Positions 45,925 through 58,800 of a stretch of DNA of 64,000 bases are shown here, piece after piece (within the stretch, counting starts at the first letter, position 1; each line of letters begins with the position of its first letter). Position numbers and translations under genes: made by a program. The DNA is from Azolla caroliniana (Eukaryota; Plantae; Polypodiophyta). The stretch covers positions 4,898,001-4,962,000 of the forward strand of contig JBHGNT010000011.1 of assembly GCA_043228905.1 (NCBI GenBank). Direction: 5' to 3'. Below the pieces are notes generated by a model, which had not been told where the DNA came from, ran no database searches, and was given only the letters and a program-made list of their open reading frames with translations.

Positions 45925-48900
45925 TGTAAATAAATGAGGAGCATGACTGGCTGAGATGTAGCGGAAGGACTGTGTGTGTGTGTGTGTATGTAGGTAAGGC
46001 AAAACACAGAGAGAGAGAGAGAGAGAGCTTAAGACAGAGATAAAATATTGTATATTACATTAACCAAAAATACTTCCAACAGTAACTAAGTTACAAGGGG
46101 TTGGTTTAAATACCAACTAAGCTAGGGTAAGTCCCCTTTCTACTATTTACAAAACTAGCCTGATATGTGCATGAGCTAGTGTGAAACCTATTACTATGAG
46201 ACGTTGAGTTCGACTCTCAACACGCCCCTTCGAACACAACTTCCATTTGTCGAAAAGTTGTTTCGGTTCAATCTTCGGAATCTAGCTTCCGGCTTCCGGC
46301 GTTCGTAATCCTCGAACTGGATTGTTCGGCTTTTCGGCTTCATGCTCGCTTCGATTAACTGCGTGTTGCGTACTCGATCAATTGCGTACAACGCGCATGT
46401 CATTTGCAGTACTCCCCCTCAAGCTCAGCAATGTGGATGTCATGAGACCAAGGTCCGATGCAAATTGCCCAAGCTTGTCTACTCCTAAGGCCTTCGTAAA
46501 AATATCAGCAATCTGGAGGTTCGTATTGATACGTTGTAGATCTATTTTTCCGTCCTATACGCGCTCGTGGATGAAGTGGTAGTGCACTTCGATGTGTTTA
46601 GTCCGCATGTGGAGGATGGGGTTTCAAGTGAGGTAGATGCTACTCATGTTGTCGCAGAAGAGGCGAATTGGATCCGTAATGGGAATGCCCAAATCCTTCA
46701 GTATACGCTTGAGCCATGCGGCTTCGCATGTGACAACTGCTGCACCCTTGTATTTGGCTACCGTGCTCGATAGTGCGACTGTCGATTGCTTCTTACTGCT
46801 CCAAGAGATCACTCCGTTGCCGAGGGAGAAGACAAATCCATATGTGGATCGTCTATACGCTTTGTAGCCTGCCCAGTCCGCATCTGTGTATCCTTTGAGT
46901 CGAATGGTCATATTTGACTTATACATAATGTCGTAATCCATCGTAGTGCTAACATACCAAAGTAACCTCTTAGCGAAATCGAGATGAAGGTTTCGCGGAG
47001 AAAAGCGTTTTTCACATCCATCTAGTGGAGGTGCCACCCTTTTGCTACTGCAAGAGCAATTACGGTCCGCACGGTGGTTATCTTTGCCACCGGGGCAAAG
47101 GTCTTTTTGTAGTCTACATCGTGCATTTGCGCATATCCTTTCACAACAAGCCGTGCTTTGAAGCAATTTACGGAGCCATCGGCATTCTGTTTCACTTTGT
47201 AAATCCATCGACAACCAATTGCTTTCTTGTGCGACATGTCAGGGACGAGATCTCATGTCTTATTTTTGCATAACGCTTCCATTTCCTCATGCATCGCATC
47301 GACTCATCATGCATCCTTTACGGCTTCGAAAAGCATCTCCGGCTCTCGTACTGACACTACCTTCATCATGAAGACGTAATGGGACGCCCTATAATCATTG
47401 TAGCCGAAGCGGCTTACGGGGTTCTTTTCACAGCTAGATCAGCGAAGCTTCTCGTTTGTGGATGCTAAGGCATCCTTCACGCCATTTGTCCGGATGATTG
47501 GGATGTCCAAGCCGTCGAACTCACTTTCAAGGGAGAGAGTTGACGCATTGTCGATTGGATCTTCATATTCGGGCATCTTGGCCTTCCCTTTGTCAAGTTT
47601 CAGACTCGGTCGAAATGTGCTTTGGTCACTCGGGGGCTCCTGTGGTCCACTAAGCCGTATCGTAATCGACCTTTCTTCGTACATGCATGCGAGCCAATCT
47701 TTGTCTTCTATCTCCATTTCAACGGATTCCGGGTCAAGCGGCGTCAGAGTCGAAGTTGTTTCTGGTGCATACCAAGATGCGGACTTGTCGAAAACGACAT
47801 CTCGACTGACGCTAGTTTTTCGGGTAGATGGGTTGTAGCATTTGTACCCCTTCTGTTCAAGTGAATATCCTATGAGGATACATTTCTCCAACTTCGGGTC
47901 GAGCTTTTGTTGTGTATCGTCGGGAAGATGTACGTAAGCAATTGCGCCGAAAATACGAACATGTGATAAGTCCGGTTTCTTTCCAGAGAACTTCTCATGA
48001 GGAGTTACGTTGTGTACTCCTGAGGTTGTGCACCTATTGATGAGGTATACATCCGTGTTCACCGCTTCTACCCACTACAATTTTGGCAGGTTCTTCTCAT
48101 TCATCATAGCCTGTGCGACTTCTACTATGTGCCGGTTTTTACGCTTAGCTACGTCCTTCTGCTGAGGTGTGTGACAGCACGAGAATTCTCGCCGGATTCC
48201 TTCCTTTCAGAGATACGCCATAAACTCCTCCGAAAAGTATTATTTGCCTCCATCCAATCGAAGGCAACGTACATGCCGACCCATAGTTTTTTTTTCTTCG
48301 GCCTTGAACCTCTAGAAGTGTCGGAACACTTCGCACTTCTGTTTCATTGGGTAGATCCAAGTGTGCCTGGAGAAGTCGCCGATGAATGTCACGTAATATC
48401 GGCATCCGCCGAGTGTGCTTATCTGGGCCGGTCCCCATACATCTGAATGTATGACATCCAAGATCCCTTTGCTCACATTCTGCTCTTTCGGGAATGGATG
48501 TCGGCATTGCTTTCCAAAATGGCACGCTTCGCATACGCCCGTAATCTCCTTCGCGGTAAAGTTCAGGAGTCCGATTACGACTCCTTCTGATTGCATTTTC
48601 TGAAGCTTCTGGAGATTGATGTGACCAATTCTCTTGTGCCACAAGTTTAGGTCAGTTTCCACTTTGAGGCCCTTTGCAAATATGGACGATTTTAGCTCGT
48701 TCAATTCGAGGACAAACATACGGCCTTCACGACGGCTGTGAGCTATGACTTGATCTCCTCTTTCAAATAATGCGCCCATTATTGTTGAATCGTACCTGCA
48801 TTCCTCGTTCGACAATCTGGCTGACCAAGACCAAGTTTTTCGTGATGGTAGGAACATGCAGTACGTTCTTGAGGTAGGTTTGCCATTGTTTCCGAATGGG

Positions 48901-50498
48901 ACATTCCCGATATGTTGTATTGGATGTGTCATGTCATCGCCAATCTCGACATGTCCAGGTCGTTCGGTTTTTCATAATTCCTGAAACCAATCTTCATGAG
49001 ACGTCATGTGGTTGGATGCTCCCGAGTCAACAAACCATGCGTTATTTGAGTGTGCTGACATCGAGTGCGCTAGTTGAAGCCTGTGCTGACATCGAGTGCA
49101 CTTCATGCCTCATTACGAACATTCCGCCACGAACTCCGTAGTCGGAATTCATGGTGTAATTTGTAAACATTCCGCTACGATCGTCGTATTCGGAATTCGA
49201 TGCGTAATTCGTGAACATTCCGCTACGATTGTCGTAGTCGGAGTTAGATGCGTAGTTTGAGAGTTGTCGGCTAGTTGACGCCGAGTCTCATACCTTTTTC
49301 CAGCACTCCTCTTCATAGTGACCAGCATTCGATCGGGTTGTTACGATTGCTTGGTCCGGCGTGATGACTACCCCTTCTGCTGAACTCTCTGGATCGTTCA
49401 TGTCTGCTTGCCACTGGTCGAAGTTACGCTCTTGAGTCTGCCGACCATTACGGCCTTGTTTGAAACGACCTCTATTTCCACGGCCGAAATTTCTTCTATC
49501 ATCCGACTGGAGTAGAGCATATGACCCTCTGGTGCATTGCTCCTTTGTCAGGCGTGATTTTCCTCAACCAACAATATTGATTGGAGATCGAAAAATGAGG
49601 GAGGGTTTTCCCTTGCAAGGATGGCTGATCTAATCGAGCCAAATCGGGGTGCTAAGCCGCCAAGGCATATTTGCACCATCTCGTCATCGTCGATTATTAA
49701 ATTAATCGAAGCGAGGGCATGACACAGCTCCTTGATCTTGAAGGTATAGCCGGTGATCGACATGTCCCTCTGTTGCATGTTGTTTAGCTCCTGTCAAAGT
49801 TGGAGCTTTCGTGTAGCAGTGTTGGCCACAAAAGTCTTCTTGAGATTTCCCCAAGCTTCTTTTGATGTTTTCAAATCTTGAATATAGCCAAGCATTTGAT
49901 CATGAATGCATGATGCAAGGCAATACAAGACACAGCTTGTGGCCTGCTCCCATGCGGGATAGTCGGTATGTGTTGGGTTGGGTTGAGTTTCGTGAGCTCC
50001 TTCAATGTAGCTCCAGTAGCCTTGTCCGACAAGGTATTGATGCAAAGTTCGTTTTGTCGAGCTTCTCGGTAGGAAGAGCGCTTCCCATCTGAGTGTTCAT
50101 TATGTCGATTTCTTCTCTATTGATGAGCCGGTTCTGTTGATCGTTGGCGTGTACCACAACACAGTTGAATAGATTCGATTAAGCAACCAGACGCTCTAAT
50201 ATGGTATGTAAATAAATGAGTAGCACGAGTGGCTGAGATGCAGCGGAAGGATTGTGTGTGTGTGTGTGTACGTAAGGCAAAATAGAGAGAGAGAGAGAGA
50301 GAGCTTAAGACAGAGATAAAAGATTGTATATTACATTAACCAAAAATACTTCCAACAGTAACTAAGTTACAAGGGGTTGGTTTAAATACCAACTAAGCTA
50401 GGGTAAGTGCCCATTCTGCTATTTACAAAACTAGCCTAGTATGTCCATGAGCTAGTGTGAAACCTATTACTATGGGAAGCTAAGTTCGACTCTCAACA
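45925..50498 (-). mobile_element. Copia-J: degenerate element (B-related family) lacking most of RT
   Basis: LTRs 45925-46222 and 50207-50498; TSD CAAGA; gag [41 protein letters not shown]; RT deletion near 46990. Confidence 0.92.
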
Positions 50499-50503
50499 CA
50501 AGA

Positions 50504-51053
50504 TATAGAAAATTGGTTTGATAGATGGGATGCAAGACACTTGCTTCATGATGCATCATTAGATTCCTCTGTAAATGAGGCCTTTTTGCAACACCAATGT
50601 ATCATGACATGGGACAAATGTGGAGGCTCGCACTTCACACATTATACTACACATGTAGCACCTAACTACAAAAGCATATTCTTTGCGGAACGGGGAAATC
50701 ATACACATCGATACATGTTAGAGCCCATGCCGTTATCTGCCATTTGAACCATTGCTTCCATGCGACTTAGCTCACATGCATTGCGATGTGAGACAGGGCG
50801 TTGGGGCACAAGTGATGAGAGTGGTCGGTTATGCACACTTTGCCCTAAACAAGTTCGCGAGTCTCAGTATCACACTTTGATACAATGCTTTGCCTTTGAT
50901 CATATTCGACCATGCTTTCCAAATCTCTTCGACCAAGCCCAATCCTTGCATGAATTCCTCGTACAACCACAATGTGCACTCTCGATTGCAACATTCATTG
51001 GTAAAGTTCTTGAACATCGAGAGTCACTACTCACTTTCACACGTATCACGTGA
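50504..51053 (+). pseudogene. LINE ORF2 C-terminus with Cys/His zinc-binding motif
   Basis: RLSSHALRCETGRW..RLCTLC..ESQYHTLIQC..FDHIR; stop at 51053. Confidence 0.85.
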
Positions 51054-51105
51054 AATGTAATATTTCACGTCTCATAGGTCATATTTGACCTCCGAAGACG
51101 ATAAC

Positions 51106-51206
<101 letters not shown>

Positions 51207-51224
51207 TCTATGTATACTATGAAA

Positions 51225-54200
51225 TGTAATGTGTGGAAGCTATACGAAACACAGGATACCGACAAAGAGAAACATGTTTAATGGAGAGCTTAAGACACAA
51301 TGTCCGTGGGAGAGACAGAGAGGGAATGAACACATAGAAAAACTAAATTCAAAATAATGTGTAAACTCTGTATATAGGATGTGCTCAGAGAGCACTTTTA
51401 TACAAGTTCATACGGACTGACAAAAGTACTGATGCGTACTTCAATGCTCATAACTGAGCTCCTCCACTAACTCCCAAATATATTCCCTCGTGGAATATCT
51501 GTTCAACGGCCTCCCGGTTTCCGCACCAATCCGGCCTCTTGTTGCGCACCGGTTTGCGCACCACTTTACGCACCGGTTTACGCACAGATCCAGCCTAACC
51601 GATCGGTCCAAACCGATCCAGTTCTCGGCTTGCACAGCCGATCCGGCCAATGTTGAGCTTGTATCTCAACACTCCCCCTTAAGCTCAACTTGAGGCTCTT
51701 CCAGTCCTTTGCTCTGGTTTCTCTTGGCTTCACGCCTCACTCGTGCTCCTCGACCCGTTCGATTCCGCGCGCCTTGACTATTACAGTCGGCTTGTCTACT
51801 CGTGCGGCTTTTCCAGCTCCCTTGTTGTAACGGTGTTGGCACCTCTTCTGTTGCCCTTTCCTCCGCTTGGCCTTCTCACCCTTGTTGGCTTCATCTCCCC
51901 CCGGCTCTTTCTTTCAGCTACTACCCTCTCGTTCACTTCCGGACTCTTCCACAGATACGCCTTCGGCTTCTTCAGCCGGCACTAAATTAAATTAGTCATC
52001 CAATTTGGTGTCGCGGTCACTTCCGCTCTTTTCTTGCTCCTTTCCATGGTCTTGCGGGATTTTTCTCCCCCTCGGGTGCCACAATCCAAGCGCACCCGAG
52101 AATTGCCGCAACTTGACCAGACCAAGAGGCTTGGTGAAAATGTCGGCGTGTTGGCGATCCGTCGAAACATACTGAAGTTCAATGTCACCAGAGAGGACAC
52201 GCTCGCAGACAAAGTGGTAGTGCACCTCAATGTGCTTAGTCCGAGCAGGGAAGATGGGGTTATTCGCAAGTTGGATACTGCTGAGGTTGTCGCAGTAGAT
52301 CGTAGTCGGATCGGACACCTCCACCTACAGATCCTTAAGTAGCCACTTCTGCCATATGGCTTCACATGTTGCGATAGCCGCTCCTCGATACTCAGCCTCT
52401 GTGCTCGACAGTACAACTGTCGGCTGCTTCTTGCTACTCCATGTGATCGTGGCACTCCCAATGTAGAACGAGAATCCGGATATGGACCGACGATCGTCGG
52501 CGTTTCCGGCCCAATCGGCATCCGTATAACCGACTAGTTGCGCGGCAATACCGGTGTAGCCGACCAACTATGGGGCTATACCGGTCTGATATAGTAGCCC
52601 CCGGTCCTTAGTGCCACTGACGTACCTGAGTATGCGTTGCGCGCACTGAAGCTGCTCCTCGGTTGGCCGAGCCATGAACTGACTAATCAAGCCGAACGGG
52701 TAATTGAGGTCTGGCCGGGTGATAGTCAAGTATATGAGGCTTTTGACTATCTGTCAGAACCTTTGCGGGTCGTAGACCTTTCCGGAGTCGGGGCGAAGCT
52801 TCACGGTTCTGTCGAGAGGAGTTGAGACGGACTTACAGTCTGCCATCCTGAACTTGAAGAGCATACTCAGCACGTAATGTCGTTGGCTGATCAGTATGCC
52901 TTCGGGGGTTCAAATCACTTCGATCCTGAGAAAGTAATGAAGGTCCCCCAGATCCTTCATATCAAATGATGCCGCAAGCTGGAGCTTTACGCGGTCAATT
53001 TCATCTAGGTCGATGACGGCATTGACCAAGTCATCAACATAAAGTAAAATACTAACCGGCCCAAGTCGACCCTGACGGACAAACAATGAAGAGTTCGATT
53101 TGGACGTCGCAAACCCCATCCGACGCAATTGCTGCATGATCTTCGCGTTCCAGGCACGCGGGGCTTGCTTTAGTCCGTAAAGGGACTTCTTCAACCGGCA
53201 TACTGCCAAAGTGTTCGTTCCGGAGTGAAATCTGGGGGGTTGTACCATGTACGCTTTGTCCTCAAGCTCGCCTTATAGGAACGGATTCTTTACATCCATC
53301 TGATGTAAGTGCCACCCCTTCGCCGCAGCTACCGCAAGCAAAACACGGACGGTCCTATTCTTTGCGACTTGCGCAAACGTCTCATCGTAATTGATGCCAT
53401 GTTGTTGCGCATAGCCTTTTGCTACTAATTGGGCCTTGTATCGGTTGATCGAGTTGTCGGTGTTGTACTTGACCTTGTACACCCACCTGCATCCAATCGG
53501 CTTTACACCCTTGGGGGCGTCAACCAGGTCCCAAGTTTCATTCTCCGCAAGTGCATTCATCTCTTCCTCCATGGTGGCACGCCAATTCGCGTCCTTTGTC
53601 GCTTCTGTGTAGCTCTCCGGCTCACGCACTTCTGCTACATGTGTCATGTATGCATAATGATGCGCCATGTACTCGTTGTATCCGAACTGCACAACAGGGT
53701 TCTTCTGGCGGGTAGATTTGCGTAATTGCGCATTAACCGATGTTGAGGCCGTTCTGGCAGATGCGGACTTCACTCTTGAAGGCCCGTCATCACTCTTCTC
53801 AGAGTCGGATTCACGTTGATCCAACTCATCCCTATTCGTGCCGTACTCCGGCATCTTCTTCTTTCCCTTATCTTTGTGTGTAAGCCGCTTCTTCGACTTC
53901 CTATGCGGGGAATGCACGGCCGAGTCTCCACTACTCGCCGACTCTTCATCTGACTGGTCAAACCGACTCAATCGCTCAATCGGTCCACTTAGCCGAAATG
54001 AGATCGGACTCTCTTCAAGAGTTCCGACTTCACGTTCATCAGGGGGCATCTCAGCCTCGCTGACCTCATCTTCAGAACTCGAATTGGAGTTGGGGTCCGG
54101 AGTCGGAGGCAAATACCAAGACGCAGACTAATCAAACACAACATGCGACTTACGCGACCTTGTTTGGTTCGGGGGTTATAACACTTATAACCCTTCTATT

Positions 54201-55113
54201 CGTCCAAGTAGCCGACCAAGATACACTTCTCGGCTTTCACGTCAAGCTTCCTCCGCTTCTCCTTCGGCACATGCACATACACGATGCTACCGAAAACCCT
54301 CATGTGTCGTAGATTCGGCTTCCTTCCAAAATACAGCTCATTCGCCGACAATTTTTCTCCGATCCGATTCTGAATGTAGACCGCAGTTTTGACCACTTCG
54401 ACCCAATAGAATTTGGGCATGCTCTTTTCTTCCAGTATTGCCCGCGCCTCTTCCACAACCGACCGATTCTTCCTTTTAGGTACGCCGTTTTGCTCCGACA
54501 TATAATTGCAACTAAATACGCGCCGAATTCCCATTTGTTATAAATAACTGTTGAATTAGCCGAAAAAGTACTCTTTTCCGCCATCCAACCATAAGCACTT
54601 GATCTTCCTCCTTGTTTCCCTTTCGACAAGATTTTTGAGGTTCCAGAAACAGTCGAAGACTTCACTCTTCTGTTCGATGAGGTAGATCCATGTGTGTCGA
54701 GTGTAGTCGTCGATAAAGGAGACGAAATATCAACTCCCCCCAAGACTCACGTTCTGTGCCAGTCCCCATACATCTTAGTGTATCAAGTTGAGCTTATTTC
54801 GGCTCTGATTGCGCTCGTTGGGAAAAGGAAATCGATGTTGCTTCCCTAGCTGGCAGGCTTCACAAATTTGGGCCTTTCAACCACTGAAATTCGGCAATCC
54901 GAGCACAACTTGTTTCGATTGCAGGTCCTGAAACCTTTGGTAGTTGATGTGGCCTATCCTCTTATGCCAGAAGTCGATATCCGACTCAACTTTTTGCCCT
55001 TTTGCAAACATGGTGGTGCCTACGTCATTGGTGTCGAGGATGAACATCCTCCGATCTCTGTGCCCTTGCGCAATAACTTGGCCTTCTTCCTCGATGAAGC
55101 ACCCGAGATGCGT
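51225..55113 (-). mobile_element. Copia-K: B/G-family element, 3' LTR plus degenerate pol; the 5' part is displaced beyond Gypsy-M
   Basis: LTR about 51225-51671 similar to the Copia-G LTR; PPT rc 51672-51679; INT, RT and RNase H fragments; homology stops at ..THLGCFIEE (55113). Confidence 0.88.
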
Positions 55114-55277
55114 TGTCATGAAGTTCGAAAGCTTCACATTAAAGGTCTACAATAAGATAAATACGTAACAAAAATAAAATAAACCTTTATAATATTTTAT
55201 ACATAAAGACAATAGTAATAACGAACTATGATAATATTGTACAATATATGTAGAGGCAAAAATATATATTATATTAC

Positions 55278-55351
55278 ATGGACAAGAGAGGACTTGAACC
55301 AATAAACCCTACCTTATAACACTCAAAGGTTACCATTTAGCCTATACTTAT
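55278..55351 (-). other. tRNA-like A/B-box module 1 in Gypsy-M LTR
   Basis: rc TAGGCTAAATGG (from 55344) and GGTTCAAGTCC (55300-55290), 44 nt apart. Confidence 0.55.
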
Positions 55352-55440
55352 AATTTATAAAATATGTGTTAATTTATTTGAAGTAGTATTTTTTAGTCTA
55401 AACAATGTAATCTAATACATGCACACCATATAGCAAATTA

Positions 55441-55515
55441 CATGGGCAAAAGAGGACTTGAACCAACAACCTTAAACTTACAACATTCAAACCTTACCTT
55501 TTAGACTATGCTTGT
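55441..55515 (-). other. tRNA-like A/B-box module 2 in Gypsy-M LTR (Thr-TGT-like loop)
   Basis: rc TAGTCTAAAAGG (from 55508), loop GTTGTAA, GGTTCAAGTCC (55464-55454); diverged duplicate of module 1. Confidence 0.55.
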
Positions 55516-55788
55516 AATGTTCATAAATGTGTCTTCTTTTTATTTGAAGTAATATTATATGGTTTAAACCATCAAACATGCTACATGTGCACCATATAGC
55601 ACACATGCAAGAGCCTTTCTGCATGTGCACCACATGGCCCACATGTAGAACCATCTCTTCCCTATAAAAGGAGAAGTATAGACAAAAAGGAAAACCAAGA
55701 TATAAGATGGAAATGAATATATTGGATCTAGAGAAAGATATATTGTAATAGAGAAAGAGAGAGAGAAAGGTATTTTTAAAAGAGAAAA

Positions 55789-55860
55789 GAAGAACTAGCT
55801 TGGTGGTGGTGGTCCCCAACTCACAACAGAAGGGCGGCGGTTCGAGTCTTATACTTGTCG
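55789..55860 (+). other. tRNA-like A/B-box module 3 in Gypsy-M LTR (Val-CAC-like loop)
   Basis: TAGCTTGGTGG 55796-55806, CTCACAA 55820-55826, GGTTCGAGTC 55839-55848; stems not conserved. Confidence 0.5.
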
Positions 55861-55896
55861 AGAGATTGAAGGAAAGACTATGGTCTACCATCAAGA

Positions 55897-58800
55897 TGAT
55901 AGGAATACGCTTCTCTAAGCTATGCTCGGCCACAACCGAGACGTCGGATCAATCACAAAAAACACGGATGTGGAGAGATGTATCTCCACACGAAATAGTA
56001 GAGAAGAGAGTGCATTGGATGTTAACGTGGAAAACCCAAATATGGGAAAAACCACGGCAGCCCTCATAACTGCAAAATATCACTATATCAAGATTACAAC
56101 AATGGGACACAGAGGCAACGACCTCTTGCTCCCTCCCTTCGCCACCAGGCGGTTATAACAGAGGCAACAACCTCTTCCTCTCTTGTCCTCTCTATCTCTC
56201 TTTGTACATAGTTACGCACAGAATTATCGCGACAACGATAATCACACAACACAACTACTATATCATGTTTGCCCTAGGTCATATTTATACTAATATGACT
56301 TTCGGGCTATTTACAAATATAGCCCCAATGGGCTCTCTGGAATATATTTACATATATGTCCCTCCCATCCGATGAGAGGTTCTCACCGGGCCTGCAACAT
56401 CCGGTTCTCACCGGGTCTTCATTGCCGGGGACTCCACATCCAGTTCTCACCGAGTCTTCTGTTGCCGGGGACTCCACAGCCGGTTCTCACTGGGTCTTCC
56501 GTTGCCGAGACTCCACATCCGGTTCTCACCGGGTCTGCAACATCCAGATTCGGCCTCGGCCAAGTTGCTCATCAACACGGTTCTTCTCACTTCCCATCCG
56601 GAGGGACCTGTTTCCTAACAAACTCCCCCTTCACTCCGGCATGGGATGTCTTACTAGTCCGATCTGCTTCCGACATGCATCCAGCTTGTCGGGTATCAGT
56701 ACTTTGGTCAGCATATCTGACCCGTTCTCGGTCGTGTGAATCTTCGTCAACGCGAACTCTCGATCTTCTACTCGCTCCCGGATCCAGTGATACCTACGCT
56801 GGATGTGCTTCGTCCTAGAATGGTACGCTACGTTCTTAGCAAGGTGGATGGCACTTTGACTGTCGCAACAAAGCCGGTATTCATCTTGTCGGATACCGAG
56901 CTCTCCGATGAAGTCCTTCATCCATAATATTTCCTTACCGGCTTCCACATCCACCATGTACTCCACCTCTCTGGTTGACAACGCAACCGTCTTCTGCAGC
57001 CTCGATTGCCACAAAACAGCTCCCCCTGCATATGTCATTACATACCCGGATGTAGACCGGCTAGTATCCACATCAGCCGACATGTCCAAATCGGTAAAAC
57101 CGTCAAGTTGAGGTTTACCGGAGCCGAATCGGAGGCACATATTCAAAGTGCCCTTCAAGTACCGAAGTATCCATTTGACCGTGTTCCAGTGCTCCTTGCT
57201 TGGATTGATCATAAACCGGCTCACCACTCCGACTACGTATCCAATATCCGGTCGAGTACACACCATTGTGTACATTAAGCTCCCGACGGCAGAGGCATAT
57301 GGAACCTTCATCATATCTGCCTTCTCTGCTTTCGTCTTCGGGTTTTGTTTACCAGATAATCTGCAGTTTTCCGGGAGTGTCGATCCGACCGGTTTCGCTT
57401 CTAACATGTTGAACCAATGAAGCACCTTTGTCATGTATTTCTCCTGTGACAACCACAATTGCTTCTTTGACCGGTCCCAGATGATGTGCATCCCCAGTAT
57501 TTGCGTTGCCGGGCCCAAGTCTTTCATTGAGAAAGTTCGGTTGAGAGCCTTCTTCAACATCCGTATTTTGACTTGGTCTCGTACGACGATCAAGATGTCG
57601 TCCACATACAGGAGGAGTATCAGGAAGTCTCCACCTTCAAACTTCTTCACAAATACGCAGTGATCGGCCTGCGTCTTGTGGTACCCTTGATCGGTCATGA
57701 AGGAGTCGAACTTCCGGTACCATTGTCGGGGAGCCTGCTTCAGTCCATACAGGCTCTTCTTCAACCGGCAAACCAAGTGCTCCTTCCCTTTCTCCACGAA
57801 TTCTTCCGGTTGCTGCATGTAGATCTCCTCTTCGAGGTCACCGTGAAGGAATGTCGTCTTCACGTCCACCTGCTCTACCTCGAGGTCCATGCTTGCCGCT
57901 ATGCTCAGCACCGTTCGGATGGAAGTCATCTTTACTACCGGGGCAAATATCTCGTCGAAGTTCATACCCTTCTTCTGCTGGAACCCCTTCACCACGATCC
58001 TGGCTTTGTATCTCGGGGGTTTGCCGGCATCTCCCAGTTTCAGCTTATACACCCACTTGTTTCGGAGTGCCCGCTTTTCTTTCGGCAACTCCACCAATTC
58101 GTACGTATGGTTCTCATGCAGGGAATCCATCTCATCCTGCACTTAACCATTTGCGATTGTGGGTGTCATCCTTCGCTTCTATGAAGCTTTCCAGCTCTCC
58201 CTCATCGGTCAGCAGCACATGCTTTGCATCCGGAAATCTCCGGGGGGGCCTTCTCTCTCTAAGAGGATATCTTCGTCTTTGGCCTTCGGCAACCAGCTCC
58301 ACTATTTGTTCTTCATCCGAATCCGATTCGGGGTCTTGGTCGGTTCCGATTTCAGCTTCCTCTACTTCTTCTTCTGCCAGTTCGGTATCCTCACCGTAAC
58401 CGGTTGGTTCCTCAAGTGTCAACTAGCTCTTAGCCTAGTGTGTCCGAATCTCATCGGAGTTCATTATCTTCTTCTCCGACTCCCAGTCAGTAAGAGTCTT
58501 GTCCTCCATGAAGGTAATATCTCGGCTCCGGAAAGCCTTCTTGTCAACCAGATCCCACACTTGGTAGCTGAACTCATCGTCGCCGTATCCGAGGAATATG
58601 CACGGTCGGGTCATTGGATCCAACTTTCCTCTCCGGTCCTTAGCAACATGCACGTACGCGAGACACCCGAACACCTTCAGATGTCGGTAGGACACTTCCT
58701 TACCGGTCCATACTCTCTGTGGCGTGTCTCCATCCAAGGGCACTGAGGGTGATTAGTTTATCACATACGTCGTTGTTGACAATGCCTCATCCCAAAACCT

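Noticed and set aside
55278-55860. Functional tRNA genes
   Set aside because: Acceptor, anticodon and T stems do not pair properly, so these are reported only as tRNA-like promoter modules.
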